A stretch of 64,000 bases of DNA from the NCBI GenBank assembly GCA_965208105.1, contig OZ242318.1:896001-960000 (forward strand), read 5' to 3'. Origin of the DNA: Candidatus Latescibacterota bacterium. GTDB lineage: Bacteria > Latescibacterota > UBA2968 > UBA8231. The translations under genes and the position numbers were made by a program. Positions 1-9,557 of the stretch are shown piece by piece (within the stretch, counting starts at the first letter, position 1; the number at the start of each line of letters is the position of its first letter). Under the pieces are notes generated by a model. It was not told the origin of the DNA and searched no databases. It was given only the letters and a program-made list of their open reading frames with translations.

Positions 1-875
1 CCGCAGGACGATCTCCTCGACCCGCACCGTCTCGCATTCGCTCAGCGCCTGGGCAACGGAGACCTGTTCCAGAGAGACCTCCCGGCCGTCTCCTCGCCGA
101 AAAGTCAGGACCTGGAGGAGCTCCTCGTGCGATTGCTCCGGATTGCGCAAACCGTCGGCGATCCTTCTGGCTTCCCGGTTGAACGAAACCGGAACTCCCG
201 TCCTCGCGTCCCAGACGATCACGCCCACCGGAGAGGTGTCGATCAGGGTCTCCAGATCGGTGCGGGCCCGCTGCTCGTCGCGGTATCTGCGCGCGTTGGA
301 CAAAACCAGCGCCGCCTGCGAAGCGAACAGGACCAGGGTCTCCTCGTCTTCCCGGGTGAATTCTTCGCCCGCCTTCTTCCAGGCCAGAAAGATGTTGCCC
401 ACCCGCTGGCCCTGGTGGAGGATCGGCGCGGCGAGAAAGGAGACCTTCGGCCCCACCTCTGCGGGCAGTGGAAAGCAGGAAGGCCCCGGGAGGTGATATG
501 GCCCAAAAGGTCCGGGAGCCGAAGCGGGCTTGGAAGGCTGCCGAGATACTCGAACAGGCGCATCCCGTCGGGCAGGTCCCACAGTCGACTCGCCTCCTCG
601 GTGGTCATCCCCGAAGAAAGGAAGCTCTCCGGCTGTCCCGCATCGTCGACCACCGCAATCACCCCATACCGGGCCCCCGTCAGCGCGCGGGTGGAGTCCA
701 GAACAACCTGCACCACCGTTTCGAAATCGAGGCTCTCGTTGATGCGCAGGCTGACCTCGATCAACCGGGAAAAACGCTCCCGCAAGGCCTTGATTTCCCG
801 TTGAAGTTCCTCCGCCGATCTCAATTTGCTTCCTCCTGGTTGTTGGGAATCAGGCCCTTCAATAATCCCCATCAT
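1..875 (-). pseudogene. GAF-PAS sensor protein (probable histidine kinase N-terminus), frameshifted near 468 and running off the window start
   Basis: ORF 243..875 gives a coiled coil plus GAF start (SLDFETVVQVVLDSTRALTGARYG). Another frame continues the GAF (FLAAPILHQGQRVGNIFL...FTREDEETLVLFASQAAL) into a PAS (LETLIDTSPVGVIVWDA). Confidence 0.7.
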
Positions 876-979
876 ATGAATCTGATTTTGGGGCCCGACC
901 TGGCCTTTCCATCGCTTGATTCAGGAAAAATTAACCAGGGACCAAATTCACATTAAATTTTCACAATGTCAAGGCAAAA

Positions 980-1031
980 TATCACTTTAATATCACTTCA
1001 AGGTATTATCACTTCAAGATCTTTAAGGTAT
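980..1031. promoter_or_regulatory. AT-rich divergent intergenic region with TATCACTT x3 and AAGGTATT x2 direct repeats
   Basis: TATCACTT at 980, 991 and 1007 between divergent genes. Confidence 0.4.
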
Positions 1032-1159
1032 TATTAATAGGTGGAACACTCACAAGAAGAATGCCGTTCTGGGAGTGAGGGGAAATCATCATTGCGGAGG
1101 GGAACATGCGGGCACGGGTGGCGAAGGCGGCGGCGAACATTCAGGCGGAGGTGGAGAGG

Positions 1160-1615
1160 GTGATCCGGTTAATCTTTTCAGCCCTGGCTGTGGTGGCCCT
1201 CTTGAGCGTTCCGGTTCATGCTGCGACAGAAGAAACCGCTCAGGACACCTCCAGTCCGCCTTCCCACGAGCAGCCGGAAGACGAAGAGAGCGGAGAAGAG
1301 CCTGCCCAGCAGCCGGCTGCATAGGACTCGGTTGCAAAAACCCCTCCACCCGAGCCTGACGACCCTGAAGAAACCGGAGAAGAAGCCGCCCAGGACGATA
1401 CAACCGACACCACTGACACCACCGAACCTCCTGTCCAATCCCGGCAGCAAAAAGCCGATTTCAATGGCGACGGCATGGTCAACTTCGAGGACTTCTTCCT
1501 GTTCGCGGATGCCTTCAACAGCGAGGACCTTCGCTTTGATCTGGACGGCGACGGAAGGGTGGGATTCAGCGATTTCTTCGTCCTTGCCGATTTCTTCGGA
1601 CAATCGACCCGGTGA
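1160..1615 (+). pseudogene. Secreted acidic-linker protein with C-terminal EF-hand/dockerin-like pair, interrupted by in-frame TAG at 1322-1324
   Basis: Signal peptide (IRLIFSALAVVALLSVPVHA). The same frame continues after TAG to ADFNGDGMVNFEDFFLFADAF...FDLDGDGRVGFSDFFVLADFFG and TGA at 1613-1615. Confidence 0.7.
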
Positions 1616-1663
1616 AGAAAAGAGGATTTGAGGTCGGTATGGGGAGCCTCAGGCGAAAAGATT

Positions 1664-1747
1664 AAACGTCCCGGCAGGGCGCTCTCTTCGGGTAACCCCG
1701 CCTCCACATCTTTCGCTCGGGCGAAGCAGAATGTGGCCGGGACATTT
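1664..1747. repeat. Palindromic multi-stem intergenic element (REP-like or structured RNA)
   Basis: AAACGTCCCGGC...GCCGGGACATTT outer stem with inner CCACAT-TTCGC/GCGAA-ATGTGG hairpin. Confidence 0.4.
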
Positions 1748-1857
1748 GCCATCTGAACAGGAAAATCAATTAATCCAATCGGTCAGGCGAAATCGGGCCT
1801 GATTTACCGAATTTCCCATAAATCCTCATGGTCCATTTCACCTACAGGAGAAACCAC

Positions 1858-2319
1858 ATGAAACCCTTGCTCTCTCTGCTTGTTCTACTGGTCCTGCCTC
1901 CCTCCCCCGCTCTCTCGCAGGACATAACCGGGACGTGGATGGCCGTTGCCCCGGAAGAAGAAGCCCCAATCGCCGCGGTAAAAATTGAAATTAAGGCGGA
2001 CGGTTCCTTAATCATGGAGCAGGAAATCAGCGACGATCAGACCAGCTTTACCTATGTGATTACGGGAACCTGGGTTACCGCGGGAGATACCATCTCCATT
2101 CATATGTCTGAGGCTGAGGCGCGCATAGGCACGCAGACCCTGAAGGACGAGGACTTCTCTCCGTCCACATTCAATGGGTCCTACCATTTGACCGATTCCA
2201 CCCTGTCCCTTTCCCTGCGAGATGAAAACGGGACGGAGTTCGTCATCGAGTTGCAAAGAAGCCTAACCAGCGTAAGCCCGATCAACTGGGCCCGGGTGAA
2301 GAAGAAGATCATGGAATAG
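1858..2319 (+). CDS. Secreted lipocalin-like beta-barrel protein with C-terminal TSVxxxxWxxVK motif
   Basis: RBS AGGAG, signal peptide MKPLLSLLVLLVLPPSPALSQ, ITGTW...TGTW motifs, ends TSVSPINWARVKKKIME. Confidence 0.65.
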   Translation: MKPLLSLLVLLVLPPSPALSQDITGTWMAVAPEEEAPIAAVKIEIKADGSLIMEQEISDDQTSFTYVITGTWVTAGDTISIHMSEAEARIGTQTLKDEDFSPSTFNGSYHLTDSTLSLSLRDENGTEFVIELQRSLTSVSPINWARVKKKIME

Positions 2320-2333
2320 TTTCATCGAGGACC

Positions 2334-2358
2334 TGGAGTTCCCCCGGCTTGGTGGATT
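2334..2358 (+). mobile_element. Solo IS3-family terminal inverted repeat
   Basis: TGGAGTTCCCCCGGCTTGGTGGAT closely matches the ends at 6818 and 7265. Confidence 0.6.
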
Positions 2359-2859
2359 CCTGACAACCTGTCTATTTGAGACCAGGGAGGGCAAAGAAGG
2401 ATTCTCAAGAAAATCAGAAATGTAGTGGAGGCCGTTGAGTGCATGCAGGCCGGCATGACCTGCGGAGAAGCGCTCGTAACCGTAAGGGATCGATACGGCT
2501 ACAGCAGCAATACGCCCCGAATTGCCGAAGGGGACATGTCCGAGTATTCACGTTTGAGTTCAAGCAAATGGTGGCAAGCGGTAAGATCAAATTGAGGAGA
2601 TTTTGCAATAAATTGAGGGAAGCCGCCGGACTATGATCGTTCAAATTGTATATCAGAATCTACTCAGAATCTATTTTCAATAGGAGATTCCATAATGGCA
2701 CTGGTGGAACCATTGGCGGAGGCCCAATTGAAAGAAAATTAGATAAAGTTGCAATGAAGAGAATAAAAGACATGGAGGATCGAATTCCACACGGAAGAAG
2801 GGCCTACTGTCTGGACCCAAATTTCCAATACGGCAGATCGGAGGGTGTTCTGGGGGCAG

Positions 2860-3435
2860 ATTAGGATTACTGAGCAGACCTACTATCGGTGGAGGAAGGA
2901 ATACGGAGGCCTGAAGATGGACCAGGCCAAGCGCCTCAAGGCCCTGGAGAAGGAGAATGTGCGATTTAAGAACTGGTGGCGGATCTGTTTACCCGCGGCA
3001 TTCGCGGCTGGCAGCTGGGCCGCAGCTTGACCGGAGAGCTGGTCTATGCCGCGCTGGAACAGGCCCTGGCGCACCATCCGGCGCCGCAGATCCATCACTC
3101 CGACCAGGGTCTCCAGTATCTGGCCCACGGCTACGTGAAGCGGCTCCAGGCCCAGCAAGTACGGATCAGTCTAGCCGCCAAAGACCGCCCTACGGAGAAT
3201 GCCTTTGCCGAGCGCCTCATTCGTATCCTCAAAGAAGAGGAGGTCTATCTCAACGAGTATCGGTCCTTCCAGGAAGCCGATCAGCACATCGGCTATTTTC
3301 TGGAAGAGGTCTACATGAACAAGCGAATCCATTCTGCTTTGGCGTATCGGACGCCGGCTGAATTCGAGGCCCAGTTCCATGCCCGGCGTTAGTTATTTTT
3401 CTACTAAATGTGTCCAGCTTTATGGGGTCACTTCA
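2860..3435 (+). mobile_element. IS3-family remnant: OrfA fragment fused to OrfB C-terminal integrase core, with right TIR
   Basis: ITEQTYYRWRKEYGGLKMDQAKRLKALEKEN (OrfA); HHSDQGLQY, ENAFAER, KRIHSALAYRTP (OrfB); end TGTCCAGCTTTATGGGGTCACTTCA at 3411-3435. Confidence 0.85.
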
Positions 3436-3468
3436 AGGTTCAGAACACTCCTCAGGAGGAACTCAGTG

Positions 3469-5289
3469 ATGCAACAGTTTGGAAAGCAGCTCGCATTAAT
3501 CCTCACCGGCGCTGCCCTGGGCATCTTCGTCTCGGCGTGCGGAAGCACCGACAACGGTCTCCCCACGGGCCCCGACTTCGAAGGCCAGCCCGAGACCGGC
3601 GAACAGGACCGGGCGATCGCCCAGGAAAAAGCCGCCGCCGCCCGAGAGGAAATGGAGCAAGTCTTGTCGGACATCTACGACGCAGACGAAATCGACCTCG
3701 ACCACATTGACTTCTCCGAAGCCGACCGGCTCTACCGCGAGGCTATCGCCGCCGATCCGCGCAATACTGAAGCGCAATTCGGTGCCGCCCTCACTCACCT
3801 GCTGGTCCTTGCCATCAATGAGGATGTGCGCGCTGCTCAGGATTCGCTCAACGCTTACACGAGCGACAGAGAGGGCAGGGGCAAACTGGCCATCGTCGCA
3901 ACGGATCTGAGTGCCACAGCCGAAATCGCGGCAAAATCGCCGCTGATTGTGGCCAAAATGACCCAGGATGCCATCGAGGATCCACTAAAGGTAAGCGATA
4001 TCCAGGAAACGATTGAAGAAGAGATCATTCCCGCCATCGACTACGCCTTGGAGCGCCTCAAGATCGTCGAGGACGATCCCGATTTCACCTTCGAACTCAC
4101 GCCGAAAATGCAGGGCGACGAAGGGGAAGAGCCGCGCGAACTCGATCTAGGCGAAGCGTATCTGATCGACGCCAATTTGCGCCTGCTCAAAGCCGTCTTT
4201 CTGGTGGCCACGGCCTACAATTTTGACTTTGACGACAACGGCAGCTATGCGTTTCTCGACGACGGCAGCAACGAGAACGTTCTGCGGCATATGGAACGAT
4301 TGGATAAGACGGGCACCTTCATGACCCAGAGATCGGCTGGTGCCCTGCCAAGGGCAAAAGCCTCGATATTGACAGCCATCGACAAAATCGAACTGGGCAT
4401 GGCGGCCGTGCGCGCCGAGACCGACGACCAGAACGATGACCTGATCCTGGCCGAGGATCTGGACGATTTGGACGAGGAGATCGACATGTCGGATAGGGAC
4501 GACGACTGGCCGGTCTTCTTCCGCGACATCCGCACGGCCGGCGACGCCCTGCGCAAGGCCCGCGAGATACTCGAAGGCACGGTCGAGATCGAGGCCGACT
4601 TCGACGGCGACGAGGAGACACCCAAACAGACGATGGTCTTCGACCTCGGCCAGTTCTTCGACAATCCGATCCGTGACCTGCGTACTCTGCTTCCTTACCA
4701 CACCTGGCACCTCAACCGGCTGCAGAACCGCAATTTCGCCGACGAACTGGTGCTGACCGACGCCAACGGTACGGCCTTGGAAGCATCGCCTCCGCTGATC
4801 TTTCCCGATCCCTCCTTTGGCGGAGTGTTTAAAAGCATCGGCACCAACGAGGAATTGCTCGACCTCTTCGGCATTGATGACGAGAACCATAACCAGAAGG
4901 ACCTGCTCTATGAAATTGGCTTGATCTCCGCTCGCGACGGCGGCATCGTCACCACCAACGAGGATACCGTGTCCATCGAGGTGATCTATTCCGGCTACGT
5001 AGGGAACGAATGGATTGAAAACCACAGCGTGACCGTACCTTCCGGCACCCGGGGACTGGACGTGGTGCGCAGTGAATTTAGCCAGCCCATGGCGGGCGAT
5101 TACAGCTACAAGTTACGCATTTTGAGAGAGGGTGTTGCCATCTTCGACAATAGCGACTACTGGAATTGGATTTTCGGCAACATCTACTGCACCGTCAGTT
5201 CGGGTCAGCTAACCATAGAGGAGGCGGATTACGATCGGCACTACGAAACGCCTTGGGACGTGTACGAATCCCACACGTTCTCGTTCTAA
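3469..5289 (+). CDS. Acidic lipoprotein of unknown function with TPR-like helical N-terminal region
   Basis: RBS AGGAGG at 3454, ATG at 3469, lipobox VSAC-G, long open frame with coding-type codon bias. Confidence 0.75.
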   Translation: MQQFGKQLALILTGAALGIFVSACGSTDNGLPTGPDFEGQPETGEQDRAIAQEKAAAAREEMEQVLSDIYDADEIDLDHIDFSEADRLYREAIAADPRNTEAQFGAALTHLLVLAINEDVRAAQDSLNAYTSDREGRGKLAIVATDLSATAEIAAKSPLIVAKMTQDAIEDPLKVSDIQETIEEEIIPAIDYALERLKIVEDDPDFTFELTPKMQGDEGEEPRELDLGEAYLIDANLRLLKAVFLVATAYNFDFDDNGSYAFLDDGSNENVLRHMERLDKTGTFMTQRSAGALPRAKASILTAIDKIELGMAAVRAETDDQNDDLILAEDLDDLDEEIDMSDRDDDWPVFFRDIRTAGDALRKAREILEGTVEIEADFDGDEETPKQTMVFDLGQFFDNPIRDLRTLLPYHTWHLNRLQNRNFADELVLTDANGTALEASPPLIFPDPSFGGVFKSIGTNEELLDLFGIDDENHNQKDLLYEIGLISARDGGIVTTNEDTVSIEVIYSGYVGNEWIENHSVTVPSGTRGLDVVRSEFSQPMAGDYSYKLRILREGVAIFDNSDYWNWIFGNIYCTVSSGQLTIEEADYDRHYETPWDVYESHTFSF

Positions 5290-5392
5290 TCGCCGTACTC
5301 TATCATTTATTCAGGCTCTGAGTGTCTATCTTCGTCCAACCGTACACGGGCCGCATTCCTCCGTCGGGGTGCGGCCTGTCCCTTTTTCGCTC

Positions 5393-6805
5393 ATGACCGA
5401 TTCCAGTTTCACTTGCCCTTGTTCCCGCCGTCTGTGGCCGCTGTTGGTCCTGGCCATACTGTGTCACAGCGCACCCGTCACCGCCGCGCCCCTGGATGCT
5501 CTGCGCACCCTGTGGACCATCCGTTCCGATTCCCGGTCCGATCCCACTGGCCTCGCCAAGGCGGGCGCCGCGCACACGGAACTCTCTCTCGACCATCACC
5601 TGCTGATCCGCTCCCGCAGCCGCGAAAGTGCCACTTGGGGCCTGTCCGGGCGCCAGGAACTACCCCTGTTCCGAGGCACCCTACGCATGGAACTGGGCCG
5701 CGCAGGCACGGAGGCCCGCTTTTCGTCCGACACCGCTTGGCTCTCATCCAGACCGAACCAGCGCGAGTACGTCGACCTCGGCTATGGCCTGTCCGGAATT
5801 AATCGCATGGATTTAGGTTTGAAAATGCGCCTCCGGCCCGCCGCCGGCGTCGAGGGTGCCGCCAGTCTCCGCTTGCAACTTCCGGCTGGCTGGAGCGCAG
5901 ACGCCTATCTCAGTCGCTATGCCGTGGACCATCAGGTGAGCTTCGACTTCAAATCCAACCGTTTCGACGCCGATGTCCCCGGTCACCGCAACGCCGGCGG
6001 ACTCGAGTTAAAGGGCGATCTTTTTGACAAGGTTGTGGTGCATTTACGCGGACACCGGGGACACCTTCCGGCGGAACTTGAGTCGGAAGGTTATACCCTG
6101 GCCCCTTGCGCCGACTGGGGGAAGTACGCTAGCTCGATCACCATCTTCTTCACCTCCCCCTTCTCCCTGCAAAGCCACCTGCGCTACCGACATCTTTCCA
6201 GTCACCCCGAAGGCCATTTGCAGGGCCGGCGCTTCATGCGCAGCCGCGCCACCGCGCACGATCTCGCCGGCTTTCTCTCGCTGCGCTACGCCCCGCGACG
6301 GGATCGGGAAATGGCATGGAGCATCTTCGCCAATCGCGGCACGCTGGAGGCAAGTCGGGGCCGCCTGGAAAGTTGGCCCTTCCTCAACAGCTTCGCCTCC
6401 GTGGTGGGCGGCAAGGACTGGTCGTTTTGGGGCGATGCGAACCTGCGTCTCTACGGTGGTGGCTTCCGCCTCCGCCGCCACCATGCCCGCTGGCACTTGG
6501 AAACGGCCACCCGCCTCTTCCGCCTGGGCGGCGGTCTATCCACCACTTCGCGCGAGCGCAGCAAATTCAATATTGGGAGCCTGCTCTTTCCCCAAGAACA
6601 TCGATCCAGAAATACTTTCCGAGCTCAGGTAATGGATCTCGGTGTCCTGATCGAATACCGTTTCCCCGCCTGGGGCTTGCGCTATGCAATTTCCCAGCTC
6701 ATCCCGCTGCGCGTGCATACCACTTTCGCCACCGAATCGGCCGAGGACAAGCGAGGCGGCAGACAACAACATCTCAGCTTAATCTACACCCCTGACTTGA
6801 AGTAG
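5393..6805 (+). CDS. Hypothetical secreted protein, probable outer-membrane beta-barrel
   Basis: Signal peptide LWPLLVLAILCHSAPVTA; many alternating amphipathic strands with aromatic residues. Confidence 0.55.
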   Translation: MTDSSFTCPCSRRLWPLLVLAILCHSAPVTAAPLDALRTLWTIRSDSRSDPTGLAKAGAAHTELSLDHHLLIRSRSRESATWGLSGRQELPLFRGTLRMELGRAGTEARFSSDTAWLSSRPNQREYVDLGYGLSGINRMDLGLKMRLRPAAGVEGAASLRLQLPAGWSADAYLSRYAVDHQVSFDFKSNRFDADVPGHRNAGGLELKGDLFDKVVVHLRGHRGHLPAELESEGYTLAPCADWGKYASSITIFFTSPFSLQSHLRYRHLSSHPEGHLQGRRFMRSRATAHDLAGFLSLRYAPRRDREMAWSIFANRGTLEASRGRLESWPFLNSFASVVGGKDWSFWGDANLRLYGGGFRLRRHHARWHLETATRLFRLGGGLSTTSRERSKFNIGSLLFPQEHRSRNTFRAQVMDLGVLIEYRFPAWGLRYAISQLIPLRVHTTFATESAEDKRGGRQQHLSLIYTPDLK

Positions 6806-6817
6806 ATGAAAGAGGTC

Positions 6818-7265
6818 TGGAGTTACCCCGGTTTGGTGGACAGTTTTGGACTTGAGATTTCCGGACGTTCCTTCCATCTCTTTTCATAGCTGATGGGCGA
6901 CATATACTCCAAAGTTGAGAGGGGGCGATGGGGGTTGAACCAACTTCAATTTCTCGAATGATCGGTGCCGTCAGCGCTGAAATTCCGGTCCACCAGATCA
7001 GGGGCTGGACGCCGATCTTTGGACCGGCGGGTGGTGGTCAAGCCATCGTGGCGCCGGCCGCTATCGAGATCGGCCTGTTTTACGCAGGTTTGAATCGTCT
7101 GAGCGGAGGGCTCGAACTCTTTAGCCAAGGAGCCAGGCGAGCGTCCGGAGCGGACCAGCTCGATCATCTGCTGGCCAAATTCGGAGGGATAGGGGATACG
7201 TGATTTAGGCATGGGGGCTCCTTTTCATCAAGTGATAAGGTATCCACCAAACCGGGTCAACTCCA
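6818..7265 (-). mobile_element. Internally deleted IS3-family element (448 bp, both TIRs retained)
   Basis: TIRs TGGAGTTACCCCGGTTTGGTGGACA and revcomp TGGAGTTGACCCGGTTTGGTGGATA; OrfA MPKSRIPYPSEF... fused to OrfB piece RPAPDLVDRNF and an OrfB C-terminal remnant. Confidence 0.85.
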
Positions 7266-8468
7266 GGAGTGATATCGACAATTTGATTATTGGAAAGATC
7301 CAGCTTTTTCACTTTAGAGCCGGCAAGATTTGCCAATAGGCCTATATCACTGATTTGATTGTTACTGATATCAAACTCGGTAAACTGGCTCCATTGGGTC
7401 CATTGATTCATTGGGGCCAGACTGCTGACCTCGTTGTCCTTGATAGAAAACTTGCTCAAGGTGAGCCGCTCAATGCCCGCCAGTTGGAAAATCTGATTCC
7501 CCTCCAAATAAAGCCATTCCAGGTGAGTAAGCTGAAAAAGAGGAATCAGATCCTCAATCTGATTGCCATCTAGAAACAATCGGGTAAGTTGAGTGAGATT
7601 GGAAAGTGGGTAGAGATCCTGGATTTGATTGCTTCCGAGACCCAGGAATGTCAACTCAGAAAGCTGGGAAAGCGGAGAAATATCTTGAATCTGGTTCCCT
7701 TCAAAGTTTAGATGAGTCAATCGCGTAAGGTCAGCAAGAGGGGACAAATCGATGATAGCCTGACTCCCCAGATCAAAAGTAGTTAAATTGACGGCAGCTT
7801 CCATGCCGGTGAGATCCGATATCCTGTGGCTGGTTTGGAAAAGGTAGTTATAGTCGTCTATGGTGACGGATAACTCGTTAAGGTTGGGCATTTCCTCCTC
7901 GGGAACCATCTTTCGCTCAATATGCTTACCGGATGCATCGATCTCTAACGCTGACCTCACCAACCATGCCAGGTACTCATCGGCAAATTCCACACGCGGG
8001 AGAGATCTCAATCGGGTCCTCGCTTCGACGAACGGGCTCTGGTCCACATTCGATTAGATTGGTATCCCGATAACGCACTTCATAGGTAGCTCCCGGCTCA
8101 AGGAGATGGAAAATGACGGTGACGTTTCCATCTCCATCTCGGGTTCCTGGAGCGAAGAAAATTCCAACCAAGGGGGCGTCTGAGAAATTTCCACCACCCC
8201 TGCTTCCAACATCGACCACATGGCAATCTACTTGCCACGCGCCCGGGGGCGATTTACGACGCCACTGAATCTCATAAGCATTCACATCGTAAGCATCAAA
8301 AAAATCCAGAAAAGTCATTTTCAGAGAGGCATTCGTTTCACCAGGGATAAGGGTAGGAAGGGTCTGAGTCGTGTCTACAACTCCTCCCTGACCATATGCC
8401 AAATTTACCTGCAAGCTCGATAACAGCACTACCATTGCCCAAACGGACCAAATCCAGCGCCTAGTCAT
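7266..8468 (-). pseudogene. Secreted Fn3 plus internalin-type LRR protein, frameshifted near 8040 and truncated by the IS end
   Basis: Signal peptide, LEPGATYEVRYR (Fn3), repeats LxxLxxLxLxxNQIxDLxPL; frame runs into the TIR at 7265. Confidence 0.75.
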
Positions 8469-8522
8469 CAATCAACTTCCCCTCTAATCCAAAAAACATA
8501 CTCAGTGCCATTATGATTGAAG

Positions 8523-8568
8523 TGGAGTCCCTCGGTTTGGTGGACCAATTCAGACTTGAGATTCCGGA
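8523..8568 (+). mobile_element. Second degenerate copy of the IS3 end seen at 6818
   Basis: TGGAGTCCCTCGGTTTGGTGGACCAATTCAGACTTGAGATT resembles 6818-6862. Confidence 0.6.
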
Positions 8569-8976
8569 GGTACAAATCAATTCCTTATATTTTTAATTTA
8601 CATTCTCGATAGATTCTCGAAGTGAATCCGAGGTGAGAATCCGTCAAGTTTTAGTGGAATTTTGGTGGAAATTGCCCCGACCTCTAATTTAGCCGGCTGC
8701 CTGGATGCAATGAGGCCCTCGGGCCTGCTTTACTTTGCATTGTTTATCGAAGGTGGGAACCACCGAAATTACTGGACTCTGACCGTTGAGGTGAATGAAA
8801 TCTTCTGAGGGAAGAGAAAAAACGGACCTGAACAACTACCCCGAGCAGGGGGCGAAATCCGATTCCTGCGGCCGCCTACCTACGCCGACAGCCTGACCAA
8901 CGGCCTTATTGGTACGTTGGCCGCTACCGGCTCATTTCATCGTCATTCCACCCAACCGAAGACCCCTGAAAAAAAC

Positions 8977-9524
8977 TCAATTCAGGTTGCCTGAGGTGGC
9001 TGCGTCGGCACTGGGCAGGTCGAAGGCTGCGGCTACGCCGGGGTGGACAACCTGGCCGCTCATCGTGTTCAGACCGCGTTGCAGGGCGGGGTTTTCGCGC
9101 AAGGCAGCGGTCACGCCCTTGTTTGCCAGTTCCAGGGCATAGGACAGGGTTACATTGGTCAGGGCATAGGTGGAGGTGTGGGGCACGATGGCCGGCATGT
9201 TGGTGACGCAGTAATGCACCACCTCTTCCTCCCGGTAGATCGGATCGTCGTGGGTGGTTGGACGCGAGGTCTCGGCGCTACCTCCCTGGTCGATGGAGAT
9301 ATCGACAAAAGCCGCGCCTGCGCGCATCTGGCCGAACAGGCTCCGGGTGAGCAGCATGGGCGCCCGGCCGCCCTGAACTGCTCATCGGGAATACTGCTTC
9401 CGGCACCGGCCCGGGTTTCGATCAATACCTGGTGACCGTGCGCAACGAGGGCGGCGACGCCGATGGGTGTGATGGCGACGCGGGTCTCCTCGGCCTTGAT
9501 TTCCCTGGGAATTCCAATCACCAT
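8977..9524 (-). pseudogene. ald: Alanine dehydrogenase relic with large internal deletion
   Basis: N-terminus MVIGIPREIKAEETRVAITP...DEQFRAAG joined out of frame to C-terminal PMLLTR...VDISIDQGG...ETSRPTTHDDP...HYCVTNMP. Confidence 0.9.
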
Positions 9525-9557
9525 ACGGGCGCTCCTTTTTCCTCTCTTCAGCGAAAT

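Noticed and set aside
1075-1171. GGEH/GGEG low-complexity peptide frame
   Set aside because: Short, overlaps the RBS region of the next gene, no clear start; at most a remnant.
1640-1752. Possible c-di-GMP-I riboswitch on the minus strand (GGCAAA...GACG)
   Set aside because: Lacks the GCAAA continuation and second-stem consensus.
2360-2860. Short AT-rich ORFs between IS pieces
   Set aside because: No recognisable family; probably degraded foreign DNA.
7228-7238. TTATCACTT inside the IS left end matching the 980-1014 repeats
   Set aside because: Too short to distinguish from chance.
8600-8970. Possible gene remnant downstream of ald
   Set aside because: No assignable homology by eye.
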